This document shows, piece after piece, positions 19,545 to 29,017 of a stretch of DNA of 32,924 nucleotides. Under the pieces are notes generated by a model. The model worked only from the letters and a program-made list of their open reading frames with translations. It had not been told where the DNA came from and searched no databases. Position numbers and translations under genes: made by a program. The DNA is taken from NCBI GenBank assembly GCA_038042445.1, contig JBBTED010000142.1, positions 1 to 32,924 on the forward strand, read 5' to 3'. Within the stretch, counting starts at the first letter, position 1. Each line of letters starts with the position of its first letter. This DNA is from Candidatus Firestoneibacteriota bacterium (lineage in GTDB: Bacteria > Oederibacteriota > D2-FULL-39-29 > JBBTED01).

Positions 19545-22500
19545 TTAAGCACACATAAAATGATTTGCGTCTTTGTAATGCTCATATACGAAGTTGTATA
19601 CCTCAAGCCCCTTTATTTCACAATCTTGCTCAGCATATGTCGGCTCAGGAAGATCATTATAAAGAACTTCAAATATTGTAGTTTTAACACCTGCCCTCGT
19701 TTGTTCCCACTCCCGCCAGTCAATCACAAGCTTTTCCATCTTCAATTTATCAAGCAACCCACGCGATACTTCTCTCACCTTTTCAATTTCATTAGGATTA
19801 AGATTTTCCTTGAGCAGTAGATCGAAAATTGCTAATTCCTCTTCAGTTAGATTTTCTTTTACAGCACGTTGTTCTTCCTCGTTTAAACTTTTCGCCAAAT
19901 CAATCAAATCATCAAAAAGCTGATCTATATCATGAGCTCCACTGTTATATTCTTGTAGAATTGCATTCAAACGATCCATAAATTTAGCACGATTCTTATT
20001 ACGTTTCACCATATCCGTAATTTTCTGCTCTAACTCAGCCCGAAGGCTTTCCGCCTGAAGATTTTTGTTCTCAATTCCCTCAAAAAACTTTCGCAACGCA
20101 TTAGCATCAAGAGCGCTCAAATCCTTAAGTCGCTTATGTTGAAAAATAACATACTCACCCGCTTGTATAGACCTATCGAGTAAATCCTCTAAGTCTTTCT
20201 TGACTTGAGACACATCCACGCTTTGAGCACCAACATCACGTATACGAGAAGCAATTACTCGTACAGCAGTAACTTCATCGTAATAATTTTCAGCGGACGG
20301 ATCCGGCATCACTGATTTATAAACGCTATATAGATCGATAGATAAATTGAGAAACTCCTTCTTTTTGTCAGGTTGTCCAACAATCGTATTTGCATACCGT
20401 TCAAGTAAACGTAACTTTTCCTCAGCAGATGCATTCAAAAGTTCTACCAACTCAATTTGTTCGCCTTTTAGAAATGTCTTTGTTTTTTTAAGCAAGTCCT
20501 CAAGGTCACGAACAAGTTCCTGTTTATCTCGAATAATTTCATCATCGTCATGCGTCTTACTGACAGCATAAAGAGCAAGCGCCCGTTCAATATTACGAAA
20601 CACCCCGATATAATCCACAATTAAACCGTTAGATTTTCCCTCAGCTACACGATTGGCACGAGCAATGGCTTGCATAAGCGTATGATTTTTAAGAGGCTTA
20701 TCCAAATATAACGTTGATAAATTCGGAACATCAAAACCAGTCATCCACATTGCGCATACAAACACAATACGTAGATTGCTATCAGCTTTTTTAAATTCTT
20801 TTTCGAGATTTCCTTTGATAATCCTTTCTCGCAAAGGCCTCATATCAATTTCAAATGGCTCAAGATCAGCTATTTCATTTTGGCTTTGACTAATCATTAC
20901 AGCCATATCTACATTTTCATGCTGTTCAAGCTGTCTCAGTATTTTTTCACGTCCTCGCTCATCCACACAACGAGCTAAATCCATCCGAAGCTTACCAATA
21001 AATCGTTCCCATTCAGCCTTAACCTTGATATACATACGGACTGCTGTCTTTTTGTCTACAGAAACAACCATCGCTTTGCCATTATATCCACGCCCTACAA
21101 AATGCCCTACTATATCACGTGCTACTGCATCAAGCCTATCCTCACGGGTAATTAAATTATAAAAAGTAGAAAACTCTTGCTCGAGCTTCTCTTCTTCGTC
21201 ATCATTAAGCTCATAAAAATCCATTACCCTACCCAAATCTCGCTCGAGATTCTCGTTTACATTATCAAGACGTGGCACACGATTCTCGTAATAGAGTTTC
21301 ACTGTAGCGCCATCTGATACGGATTGTCCAAAGTTATACACTGAAACATATTCGCCAAATGTTTCTCTGGTTTTCTCCTCGCCCTCTACCATTAAAGGCG
21401 TTCCGGTAAACCCAATAAATGAGGCATTCGGAAGACTTTTTCGCATATTTTGTGCCATACGATCATATTGCGTACGATGAGCTTCATCAGTCATCACAAT
21501 AATGTCATCTCTATTAGAAATAGCGCCAGTGATATCCTGAAATTTCTGAATAGTAGTAAAAATCTGGCGATGGTCTTCAGAGAGAAGTTCATGAAGATGA
21601 ATAATGCTTTCCGCTTGGACTTCCTTTTCATATACTGCACCTGCTGTAGCAAAATTCTCATATACTTGGCGGTCAAGAGCTCCGCGGTCAGTAACAATTA
21701 CAAATGTAAATTTCATCGAGACCTTGCGAAATATTTTTTGCGACAAAAACACCATTGAATACGATTTACCAGATCCCTGGGTATGCCAAAATACTCCTAA
21801 TCTTCCCTTGTTATCTTTACGATTTTGTACGCTTTTAAACGCACGATTTACTCCGAAATATTGAAAATAACGAGGAAGAATTTTTTTAGCTTCTCCTATA
21901 GACTCATCAAACAAAACAAAGTTTTCAAAGATATCAAGCATTCGATTTTTGCTGCATACACCGTAAATCATCGTAGCAAGATCGGTTTTAGGAATATTTT
22001 TTTCGCTCTCCGCTTTTTTCCATTCATTGAAATATTCAAAAGGCGATGTAATCGAACCGAATTTATTTTCAATACCGTTAGATATGATAATTCCCATGTT
22101 ATACCAAAGTAGTTTTGGTATTGTATCTTTATAGTCACGAAGATTGTCGCGGTAAGCATCCACAAGACTCTTATGAGAAGCCTTCAGCTCTAAAAGCACA
22201 AGTGGAATACCATTTACAAACAACACCATATCAGGCCTTCGGGTATACATATCTCCTACTACCCACAATTGCGAAACACATAAAAAGTTATTATTTGATG
22301 GAATATTAAAATCAAGGAATTTTACACGCTCAGTATCACTCGCACCATCAGCTCGTGGAACATTCACGCTCACACCATCGCGCAAAATTTTATAAATCTC
22401 ATGATTAGCATTAACCAAACTCAAATGTGATCGGTCACGAATAAGCTGGTCAATCGCTTGTGCAAATGCATCTACAGGTAAATTAGGATTGAACTTTTCA

Positions 22501-22673
22501 AGAGCAAGCAACAAAAACTTTTTGAGCACCACCTCACCACGATGCTCTCGCCCCAGCCGTGCATCTTCGGCATCGGTATACGCATTAATATGACACGCCT
22601 CATCCGTCCATATTTCTTTGATGAGCTTAATGACTGTCTGTTCAACTAAATTGTCTTCGGTGAATGGGTTCAT
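19545..22673 (-). CDS. hsdR: Type I restriction endonuclease subunit R
   Basis: RRPDMVLFVNGIPLVLLELK nuclease motif, HTQGSGKS, DEAH, FTGTP, TGFDVP, QAIARANR. Confidence 0.97.
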   Translation of the reverse strand: MNPFTEDNLVEQTVIKLIKEIWTDEACHINAYTDAEDARLGREHRGEVVLKKFLLLALEKFNPNLPVDAFAQAIDQLIRDRSHLSLVNANHEIYKILRDGVSVNVPRADGASDTERVKFLDFNIPSNNNFLCVSQLWVVGDMYTRRPDMVLFVNGIPLVLLELKASHKSLVDAYRDNLRDYKDTIPKLLWYNMGIIISNGIENKFGSITSPFEYFNEWKKAESEKNIPKTDLATMIYGVCSKNRMLDIFENFVLFDESIGEAKKILPRYFQYFGVNRAFKSVQNRKDNKGRLGVFWHTQGSGKSYSMVFLSQKIFRKVSMKFTFVIVTDRGALDRQVYENFATAGAVYEKEVQAESIIHLHELLSEDHRQIFTTIQKFQDITGAISNRDDIIVMTDEAHRTQYDRMAQNMRKSLPNASFIGFTGTPLMVEGEEKTRETFGEYVSVYNFGQSVSDGATVKLYYENRVPRLDNVNENLERDLGRVMDFYELNDDEEEKLEQEFSTFYNLITREDRLDAVARDIVGHFVGRGYNGKAMVVSVDKKTAVRMYIKVKAEWERFIGKLRMDLARCVDERGREKILRQLEQHENVDMAVMISQSQNEIADLEPFEIDMRPLRERIIKGNLEKEFKKADSNLRIVFVCAMWMTGFDVPNLSTLYLDKPLKNHTLMQAIARANRVAEGKSNGLIVDYIGVFRNIERALALYAVSKTHDDDEIIRDKQELVRDLEDLLKKTKTFLKGEQIELVELLNASAEEKLRLLERYANTIVGQPDKKKEFLNLSIDLYSVYKSVMPDPSAENYYDEVTAVRVIASRIRDVGAQSVDVSQVKKDLEDLLDRSIQAGEYVIFQHKRLKDLSALDANALRKFFEGIENKNLQAESLRAELEQKITDMVKRNKNRAKFMDRLNAILQEYNSGAHDIDQLFDDLIDLAKSLNEEEQRAVKENLTEEELAIFDLLLKENLNPNEIEKVREVSRGLLDKLKMEKLVIDWREWEQTRAGVKTTIFEVLYNDLPEPTYAEQDCEIKGLEVYNFVYEHYKDANHFMCA

Positions 22674-22675
22674 AA

Positions 22676-23482
22676 TTAAAAAATTGTTTTTGAGATCTTT
22701 TCTACACCAGTAACAAGTTCTTCAACCTGTTCCTTGGTAGGCTTTTTCTTTTTATCGTGATCACAGAGGTTTCTTAAATCTCCCAAATGTTGGATAAAAC
22801 GCCAATTGTGCACTTCTATAATTCCAGCATCTTTGAGAACTTGATTATAATCATTAATAACTGGATTTTTCTTAACGATATTTATCGTATGATTTTCACA
22901 CACTTGTGCCAAATGACCTTCCAACACAACACCCGCCATTGCTCCTGCACCCCGAACAAAACCATTATTATTTAACTCGCGAGCAGCTTCTAACTCAGAA
23001 TCAAATAAATCTGCTCTTAACATCTGTTTAATATCAAATAACGAGCTTTCAAATCGTTTCTCACATGCTTTTAGAATATTTAACTGTTGCCAGAATCGAG
23101 GTATTGCTGCATCTTGTCCAACAACTTTTTCGTTATTCCAGTTTTTAACTATATTTAATCCTTGAAGGCAATCTTCAATAACATAATTTTCAAATGTAAT
23201 TTCCTTGCGTGTTTTTGGTTTCTCGTATAATTTAACAAAATCAGCACTGCGATCAGGCAATAAAAGTTTTATAACCATCAAGGATTCTGAATACCAAGAT
23301 TGATACTTTTCTTTAAATGAAGGCAATGCTTTTATATATGACTCATATTTATCTTTTAAAACTTTCTTTGCTTTAGTCCTAAATTCATCCGGAAAACATT
23401 CAAACTGTATAGAATCGTAGAGGTTTTTACCTTCAGAAATTAGCTGTTCCAAATCCTTTTTATACTTCTCTATATTTTTCAT
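22676..23482 (-). CDS. Hypothetical protein with C-terminal HEPN-like (DUF4145-like) domain
   Basis: ELEAAREL...AGAMAGVVLEGHL helix pattern and RNLCDH (R-x4-H) motif near the C-terminus. Confidence 0.7.
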   Translation of the reverse strand: MKNIEKYKKDLEQLISEGKNLYDSIQFECFPDEFRTKAKKVLKDKYESYIKALPSFKEKYQSWYSESLMVIKLLLPDRSADFVKLYEKPKTRKEITFENYVIEDCLQGLNIVKNWNNEKVVGQDAAIPRFWQQLNILKACEKRFESSLFDIKQMLRADLFDSELEAARELNNNGFVRGAGAMAGVVLEGHLAQVCENHTINIVKKNPVINDYNQVLKDAGIIEVHNWRFIQHLGDLRNLCDHDKKKKPTKEQVEELVTGVEKISKTIF

Positions 23483-23486
23483 AACC

Positions 23487-24692
23487 TTACTGCACCTCCT
23501 TTTTTCCAGTAACCAACTGAGGGATTAAAAGGTCGCGGGTATCTTGTAAAATCTTATTTGCCGTTGTAATGATTTCAACTTGATAGAAATAATTACCTAT
23601 AACTTTTTCAAAACTCTTTTCTAATTCTTCAGTCCCACATAAAAACTCAATATTCTCGATCTCGATTTTATTAACTGATTTGTAAATAGCTCCGTTCCCA
23701 ATCATATCTTTCTCTGTAAATTTATTTATGAACATCAAATAAAGCAAAGATTGCAAAGAATCTTTATGTCTTATACCACAAAGACCACGGCCTAAAATAA
23801 ATTTCTTGTTTGCGATATTCATTCTGCCAACAGGAGCTCTAACACTAAAAAGAAGGTCGTGTTTCTGTGCGTATTTATTCCCAGCAGTAGAGTAAACACG
23901 GTCTATTGGATATTTATTGCCGAAATCTGCTACACCCTGATGAAAAGGAAACCCTTCACACTTTGTGTTGTAATATTTTGATTCTGGAGATTGCCCCATA
24001 TTAACGATTGCAAAATCGCCTATCCTTTTCACCTCCCACCCCTCGGGAATTTTGCCGAATTCAGTACCGCTGTTCACCATTCGCACTTTTTCGTAGACAG
24101 GGAATTTGAATTTTACGAACCACTCGGTATAAAGCCGTTGGGCCATTTCTTCTAAAATCCTAATCCGCTTTTCATTGTTTTCAATTAAATCGTCATAGGT
24201 AGAAAGAACGGAAGCAATACGAGATTGAGTTTCAACATCCGGAGCCTTTATTTTCAAGGTATCAATTTTTTCTAAACTAAGGTTATCTTGAGCGGTGCCT
24301 TTAGCAGTTTTCTGAAATTCACGCTTACTATTATCCAAAGCATATTTTACAAATTTTACATCTGATTTTTTATTATCTGACACAAAACCAACAACACTAT
24401 CAGGAAAACAAGCCGGAAAACTCAAAAGCGCGGTCTCCGCGATATTAGCGGCAATTGTCATACATAGCGTATCTTTTGGCCATAACTTGCTTTGCGCTAA
24501 CCCAACTTCATTATAAGTTTGTGAATATGAATTAACATAAAAATTCGCGTGTTTTATATCCGAAGTTTGAATAAATGGATATTTACCGCCGTATAAAACA
24601 GCATCATTCCTTGGCCGATGTTTTGACTTTCCGCGAGCAATAGTTCCAAAGTGCGATAACGAAACATATTCCCAATTGATATTTTTAACCAT
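23487..24692 (-). CDS. hsdS: Type I RM specificity subunit S
   Basis: Two TRDs separated by QSRIASVLSTYDDLIENNEKRIRILEEMAQRLY..WF; ends in RDLLIPQLVTG. Confidence 0.95.
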   Translation of the reverse strand: MVKNINWEYVSLSHFGTIARGKSKHRPRNDAVLYGGKYPFIQTSDIKHANFYVNSYSQTYNEVGLAQSKLWPKDTLCMTIAANIAETALLSFPACFPDSVVGFVSDNKKSDVKFVKYALDNSKREFQKTAKGTAQDNLSLEKIDTLKIKAPDVETQSRIASVLSTYDDLIENNEKRIRILEEMAQRLYTEWFVKFKFPVYEKVRMVNSGTEFGKIPEGWEVKRIGDFAIVNMGQSPESKYYNTKCEGFPFHQGVADFGNKYPIDRVYSTAGNKYAQKHDLLFSVRAPVGRMNIANKKFILGRGLCGIRHKDSLQSLLYLMFINKFTEKDMIGNGAIYKSVNKIEIENIEFLCGTEELEKSFEKVIGNYFYQVEIITTANKILQDTRDLLIPQLVTGKKEVQ

Positions 24693-24694
24693 AT

Positions 24695-25855
24695 CTACCT
24701 AACCTTCTTCCTCTTCTTTTCCGCTGATAATTTCGCGGAATTATTCGCTGTTTCTTCCCTGCTCCACTCTAAAAGTTTCCGCTTTAACTCTTCTTTTGAC
24801 GGTAGGTAAAGTTTATATTCTTTAGCGTGGATGTTAGCGCCTTTGGGAAGCGTGATTTCAACCAAAGCGTCGTGTTTCTCCCGGCAAAGGATAATACCAA
24901 TAGTAGAACCTTCTTTTTCTTTTTTCACATAGCGGTCAAAATAGTTAACATACATCTGCATTTGTCCTAAATCCTGATGGGTTATTTTACCAATCTTAAG
25001 ATCAATCAGGACATAAGATTCTAGCAGGCGGTTATAAAAAACCAAATCCACAAAGAAATGGTCTTCAGCAAAAGTAAATCGTTTCTGCCGAGCCTCAAAT
25101 AGAAATCCTTTGCCAAGCTCTAAAAGAAAATGCTCAAGCTTATCTATAATAGCAGATTCTAAATCTGATTCAGAATATTTAACATTTTCATCAAGCCCAA
25201 GAAATTCCAGAACATAGGGCTCTTTGAGTAAATCACCCGGCTTCGTTACCACCTGGCCCTCTTTTGCTAATTTTCGGACACCGTCTTTATCCCTGCTTAA
25301 CGCTAACCTCTCGTATAAACTTGAGTTAAATTGTCGTTTAAGTTCACGCAAAGACCAGTTTTGTTGATAGGACTCAATCTCATAAAAGGTTCTTTCCTTC
25401 TCATTGTCAAGCCCTATTAGAAATACATAATGAGACCAGCTAAGTGTAAACGGCTTTGATTCCCCAGACACTGTCTGGGGAATCTTGATGCCGAAATCCC
25501 CAGACACTATCTGGCTTTTTTGATTTTCAATCAATTTGACAGATGAAACCTGACAATTTTTTTCAACACGCTCGTGATAGAGCAAATAAAACTTACGCAT
25601 ATACTCAACATTGGACTTCGAAAAACCTTTTCCAAATTCTTCCGAGAGTTTTCGGGAAAGAACCTCAATTAATTGCTTGCCATACTGCGCGCGATAATCT
25701 CCTTTTTGCTCATGTTCAACAATACGCCTGCCAATTTCAAAATTAGTAACAACCTGAATAGTATCAACACTTCTAACAACAGCAGTCCTAGCCGCTGTAA
25801 TCAATCCCCGAATTTCTTTAAGTAATGATGAATTAACTAAATTATTTTGTTTCAT
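24695..25855 (-). CDS. YhcG/DUF1016 family PD-(D/E)xK nuclease
   Basis: EIGRRIVE, GKGFS, LSWSHY, KEPYVLEFL, FLLELGKGF, DLVFYNR..IDLK, GQMQMYVNY. Start 25855 gives an ATGA overlap with the hsdM stop. Confidence 0.92.
   Translation of the reverse strand: MKQNNLVNSSLLKEIRGLITAARTAVVRSVDTIQVVTNFEIGRRIVEHEQKGDYRAQYGKQLIEVLSRKLSEEFGKGFSKSNVEYMRKFYLLYHERVEKNCQVSSVKLIENQKSQIVSGDFGIKIPQTVSGESKPFTLSWSHYVFLIGLDNEKERTFYEIESYQQNWSLRELKRQFNSSLYERLALSRDKDGVRKLAKEGQVVTKPGDLLKEPYVLEFLGLDENVKYSESDLESAIIDKLEHFLLELGKGFLFEARQKRFTFAEDHFFVDLVFYNRLLESYVLIDLKIGKITHQDLGQMQMYVNYFDRYVKKEKEGSTIGIILCREKHDALVEITLPKGANIHAKEYKLYLPSKEELKRKLLEWSREETANNSAKLSAEKKRKKVR
25458..25514. repeat. Palindromic tandem repeat within the yhcG linker
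   Basis: GATTCCCCAGACA-C-TGTCTGGGGAATC perfect palindrome (25458-25484); second unit tccccagacactatctgg 36 bp away (25497-25514, 17/18 identical). Confidence 0.75.
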
Positions 25856-27429
25856 AGTATTTTCTCCCAATCTTCTTGAATTTTCTTCTCCAACTTATGC
25901 GCCTCAGTAGTAAGCGTTACAAATTCGCCCATCAGCTCTTTCATACGCGCCTCAAAATCAACATTATCCATTTCTTTCTCAACGATTTCCACATAACGCC
26001 CGGGATTAAGAGAATAATCGTTAATACGAATTTCCTCAAGATTTGCTACTTTACATCGGCCTTTTATATCTTTATATTTTCCACAGCCTTCTTCTTTACG
26101 ATAACGTCGGACAATATCCGCGATTTCTTGAATTTGTTCGTCTGTCCATGTGCTATGCGCACGATCTATTACAGTAAAAATATCTTGTGCATTAATAAAA
26201 AGAATTTGCTTCTGCTTGTGGCTGTATGCTTTGCTCTTATCAAAGAACCATAATGTGCAAGAAAGGGTAGCGTTTAAAAACATATTAGTTCCTACAGAGA
26301 TAATCACATCTACAAACCCGGCATCAACCATCTTTTTGCGGATTTCCTTTTCGGCATTACCCGCGTCTCCTGCGGAATTTGCCATAACAAAACCTGCTCG
26401 GCCTTTTTCTGAAAGCGCGCTTGCGAATATCTGCATCCAAAGATAATTGGCATTACTTATTTCATTTTTTCCTGTAAGTGGAAGCCCGAAATTATACCGC
26501 TTGTCATTTTGAAGACGGGCAGGATCAATAACAATCTGTTTATTTTTGTCTTTTCCTTTAACGTTAAATGGAGGATTGGCAAGGACAAAATCAAATTTAC
26601 CTATTGAATGATGCGGATCGTCATAATAAGAATTAGCAATCTCAATCTTTCCCGAAAGCCCATGAATAGCAAGATTCATTTTGGCAACACGAAGATTGCT
26701 TTCTCCTTTTTCCTGCCCGTAGATACCTACTTCTTCCATAATGGAACGTTTACCATTGTTATGCGCTGTCACAAAACGAGCTGACTGAACAAACATTCCT
26801 CCACTTCCACACGCAGGATCATAAATTTTCCCATGATAAGGTTCCAAAATCTCAACTAACAATTTAACAATAGACTGAGGTGTAAAAAATTCACCGCCTT
26901 TTGCCCCTTCTGCTCTGGCAAATTCACCAAGGAAATATTCATAAATCTCTCCGAACGCGTCACCTTCGATATCATCCGGAATCTGATTAAAATTTTTAAG
27001 AAGCGTAATAAGAATACGACTATTCTCATCTTGCTTCTTGGAAATGGTTGTATAATCTTGAGGAAGAATACCAGCGAGTTCTCGATTGTGTTCTTCAATA
27101 GATTTCATCGCTTCGTTAATGGCTTTGCCTATATTCTCACTTTCTGGAAGACTCATTAAATACGAGTAGGTCGCGCGTTCTGAAATAAAAAGCACTCCCT
27201 TAGCTTTATAATCATCTGGACTCACCGGACGCTTGCGATTGCCATACGTAGCTGTGCGTGCCTCAGAAATTCCTTTTTGAACTCTCTTAAACCGCACATC
27301 AGCAAATTTTAGAAAAATAAGTCCTAAAATAGGCTCGGAAATTTCATTTAGCTTAAGACTGCCATTAGCTCGTAATTGCTCTGCAGCAGCCCAAAGTTTT
27401 TCTTGTAATTTTTTGCTATGTGTATTCAC
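25852..27429 (-). CDS. hsdM: Type I RM methyltransferase subunit M
   Basis: LWAAAEQLR, GEFFTP, DPACGSGGMF, NPPFN (m6A motif IV); GTG start. Confidence 0.97.
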   Translation of the reverse strand: MNTHSKKLQEKLWAAAEQLRANGSLKLNEISEPILGLIFLKFADVRFKRVQKGISEARTATYGNRKRPVSPDDYKAKGVLFISERATYSYLMSLPESENIGKAINEAMKSIEEHNRELAGILPQDYTTISKKQDENSRILITLLKNFNQIPDDIEGDAFGEIYEYFLGEFARAEGAKGGEFFTPQSIVKLLVEILEPYHGKIYDPACGSGGMFVQSARFVTAHNNGKRSIMEEVGIYGQEKGESNLRVAKMNLAIHGLSGKIEIANSYYDDPHHSIGKFDFVLANPPFNVKGKDKNKQIVIDPARLQNDKRYNFGLPLTGKNEISNANYLWMQIFASALSEKGRAGFVMANSAGDAGNAEKEIRKKMVDAGFVDVIISVGTNMFLNATLSCTLWFFDKSKAYSHKQKQILFINAQDIFTVIDRAHSTWTDEQIQEIADIVRRYRKEEGCGKYKDIKGRCKVANLEEIRINDYSLNPGRYVEIVEKEMDNVDFEARMKELMGEFVTLTTEAHKLEKKIQEDWEKIL

Positions 27430-27431
27430 CT

Positions 27432-28133
27432 TTATCCCATCATCCCTTCATCTTCAAAACTGTAATATTTATCATCACCAATAATAATGTGATCTAATAC
27501 ATTGATTTCCATTAGCTTTCCGGCGTTAAACAAATCTTTAGTAAATTTTTTATCCTCATTACTTGGAGTTATATCTGCACTCGGATGATTATGAACACAA
27601 ACGATTGACTTCGCGAACTTTTGCAAAGCGGTGTGAATTATTTCGCGGACAATAGGAAACACCTGATCAATAGTGCCAACAGCAGTATCCAAGATGTCAA
27701 TAATGCGGTTATTGTTATCAAGATAAACAACCTTAAAAACCTCTGTCTTAAGGTCACGAAGCTGTGGCATAACGATGTCAACAATCTCCCTGGCAGAGGC
27801 AATCTTCTGCTTCCCGGTGGACACATCGTCCTGTCTATATCGCATCCCGATTTCAAGCGCGGCCTGAATGTGAGCGATTTTGGCCCCGCCTAAGCCCTTA
27901 AACTCCTTCCAATCGCGCGTGTCCGTATGCACCATATTTCTAAATGTACCAAATTTTTTCATAACTTTTCGCGCAATATCAAGGGCACTAGATCCATTAG
28001 TGCCTGTACGCAAAAGAATAGCCAGAAGCTCCGAATTGCTCAAAGCACCTGCACCCTTCTTAAGCAACTTCTCCCTCGGCCTATCATCCTCCGGCCAACT
28101 TTTTATGCCTGTCACTTTGTTTTTCTCTGCCAT
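27432..28133 (-). CDS. radC: RadC family protein (HhH + JAB/MPN domain)
   Basis: WPEDDRPREKL, LSNSELLAILLRTG, HNHPS...PS..D, LDHIIIG. Confidence 0.93.
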   Translation of the reverse strand: MAEKNKVTGIKSWPEDDRPREKLLKKGAGALSNSELLAILLRTGTNGSSALDIARKVMKKFGTFRNMVHTDTRDWKEFKGLGGAKIAHIQAALEIGMRYRQDDVSTGKQKIASAREIVDIVMPQLRDLKTEVFKVVYLDNNNRIIDILDTAVGTIDQVFPIVREIIHTALQKFAKSIVCVHNHPSADITPSNEDKKFTKDLFNAGKLMEINVLDHIIIGDDKYYSFEDEGMMG

Positions 28134-29017
28134 TATTTCACACCTTCCATTGCCTTATTGATTCGCTCAAGGGCATTATCAAGATTGAAATTTTGTTGTT
28201 CTGTTTTCGTTAGTACTTCAAACAACTCTGCCTTAATACGTGAACGCATATCCTTGACTTCAGTATCCGTTCGTCCCATATTCATCCGATATTTTTTAAG
28301 ATCAGTATCTCCTCCATCCTCTTCAATCTTCTTTTTGAAAAGATTCATCACTTCCTTATTACCTAGAACAAAATTGTTGCGAAGAATAAAATCAAGGTCA
28401 TAAAAATCACGAGGTGCAATTGTCTTCCTCAAAGCCGCAGCACGAAGTTTTTCACTAACAATTTCATTGAGGGATAAACAATTTACCTTTCCACCATCGA
28501 ACAAAGGCTCTTCTGTAAATGGATGCAGAAATTTATGTTGCACCTGCCTCGATTCCGGCTCCGTAATAGGGTTAAAACGAAGTCCTATCTCAAATTTAAT
28601 GGTCTGCTCGGATGGCATAGTTACCGGATCATAAACAAAATAATAGATATACTGTTTTTGTTTTGATTCATTCCGCCCAGCTTTTTCAGAGCCTTCTAAA
28701 CGAAACCCAAGATTTTTAGCAAACGAATCAATATTATCTTTTACTAATTGTATACACTTACGCCGATTACCGCGAGTCGTTGTATATTCAGGCAAACGCA
28801 TGCTAAAATCGAGATCCTCGCTCAAGCGATAATACGAATAGTAAATCTTATTAATACACGTCCCGCCCTTAAAGATTAAATCTTCACAGAGATTATTTAT
28901 TCGAGAAAGAATATAGGTTAAATAATAGTCCTTCTCCATAAGCGGCGCGTAAAAACCGGTCAAAGAAGCCGTCCTGTCTACCAAATCGCGAAATTTATCT
29001 TTATCGTTGTGGATCAT
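28133..29017 (-). CDS. AbiEii-type nucleotidyltransferase toxin (type IV TA)
   Basis: EKDY, FKGGT, RLSEDLDF, EKLRAA, RDFYDL motifs; start set at ATG 29017. Confidence 0.9.
   Translation of the reverse strand: MIHNDKDKFRDLVDRTASLTGFYAPLMEKDYYLTYILSRINNLCEDLIFKGGTCINKIYYSYYRLSEDLDFSMRLPEYTTTRGNRRKCIQLVKDNIDSFAKNLGFRLEGSEKAGRNESKQKQYIYYFVYDPVTMPSEQTIKFEIGLRFNPITEPESRQVQHKFLHPFTEEPLFDGGKVNCLSLNEIVSEKLRAAALRKTIAPRDFYDLDFILRNNFVLGNKEVMNLFKKKIEEDGGDTDLKKYRMNMGRTDTEVKDMRSRIKAELFEVLTKTEQQNFNLDNALERINKAMEGVK

Noticed and set aside
23487..24692. Phase-variable hsdS (shufflon or slippage tract)
   Set aside because: Only one hsdS, no silent TRD copies, no invertase, and no evident simple-sequence tract or flanking inverted repeats.
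21494..27856. Short alternative-frame minus-strand ORFs (21494-21697, 21968-22165, 26856-27098, 27638-27856)
   Set aside because: Nested inside hsdR, hsdM or radC, whose main frames are intact; no motifs.
28653..28664. Apparent KQKQ 6-bp duplication in AbiEii
   Set aside because: In-frame and too short to distinguish from chance without homolog alignment.
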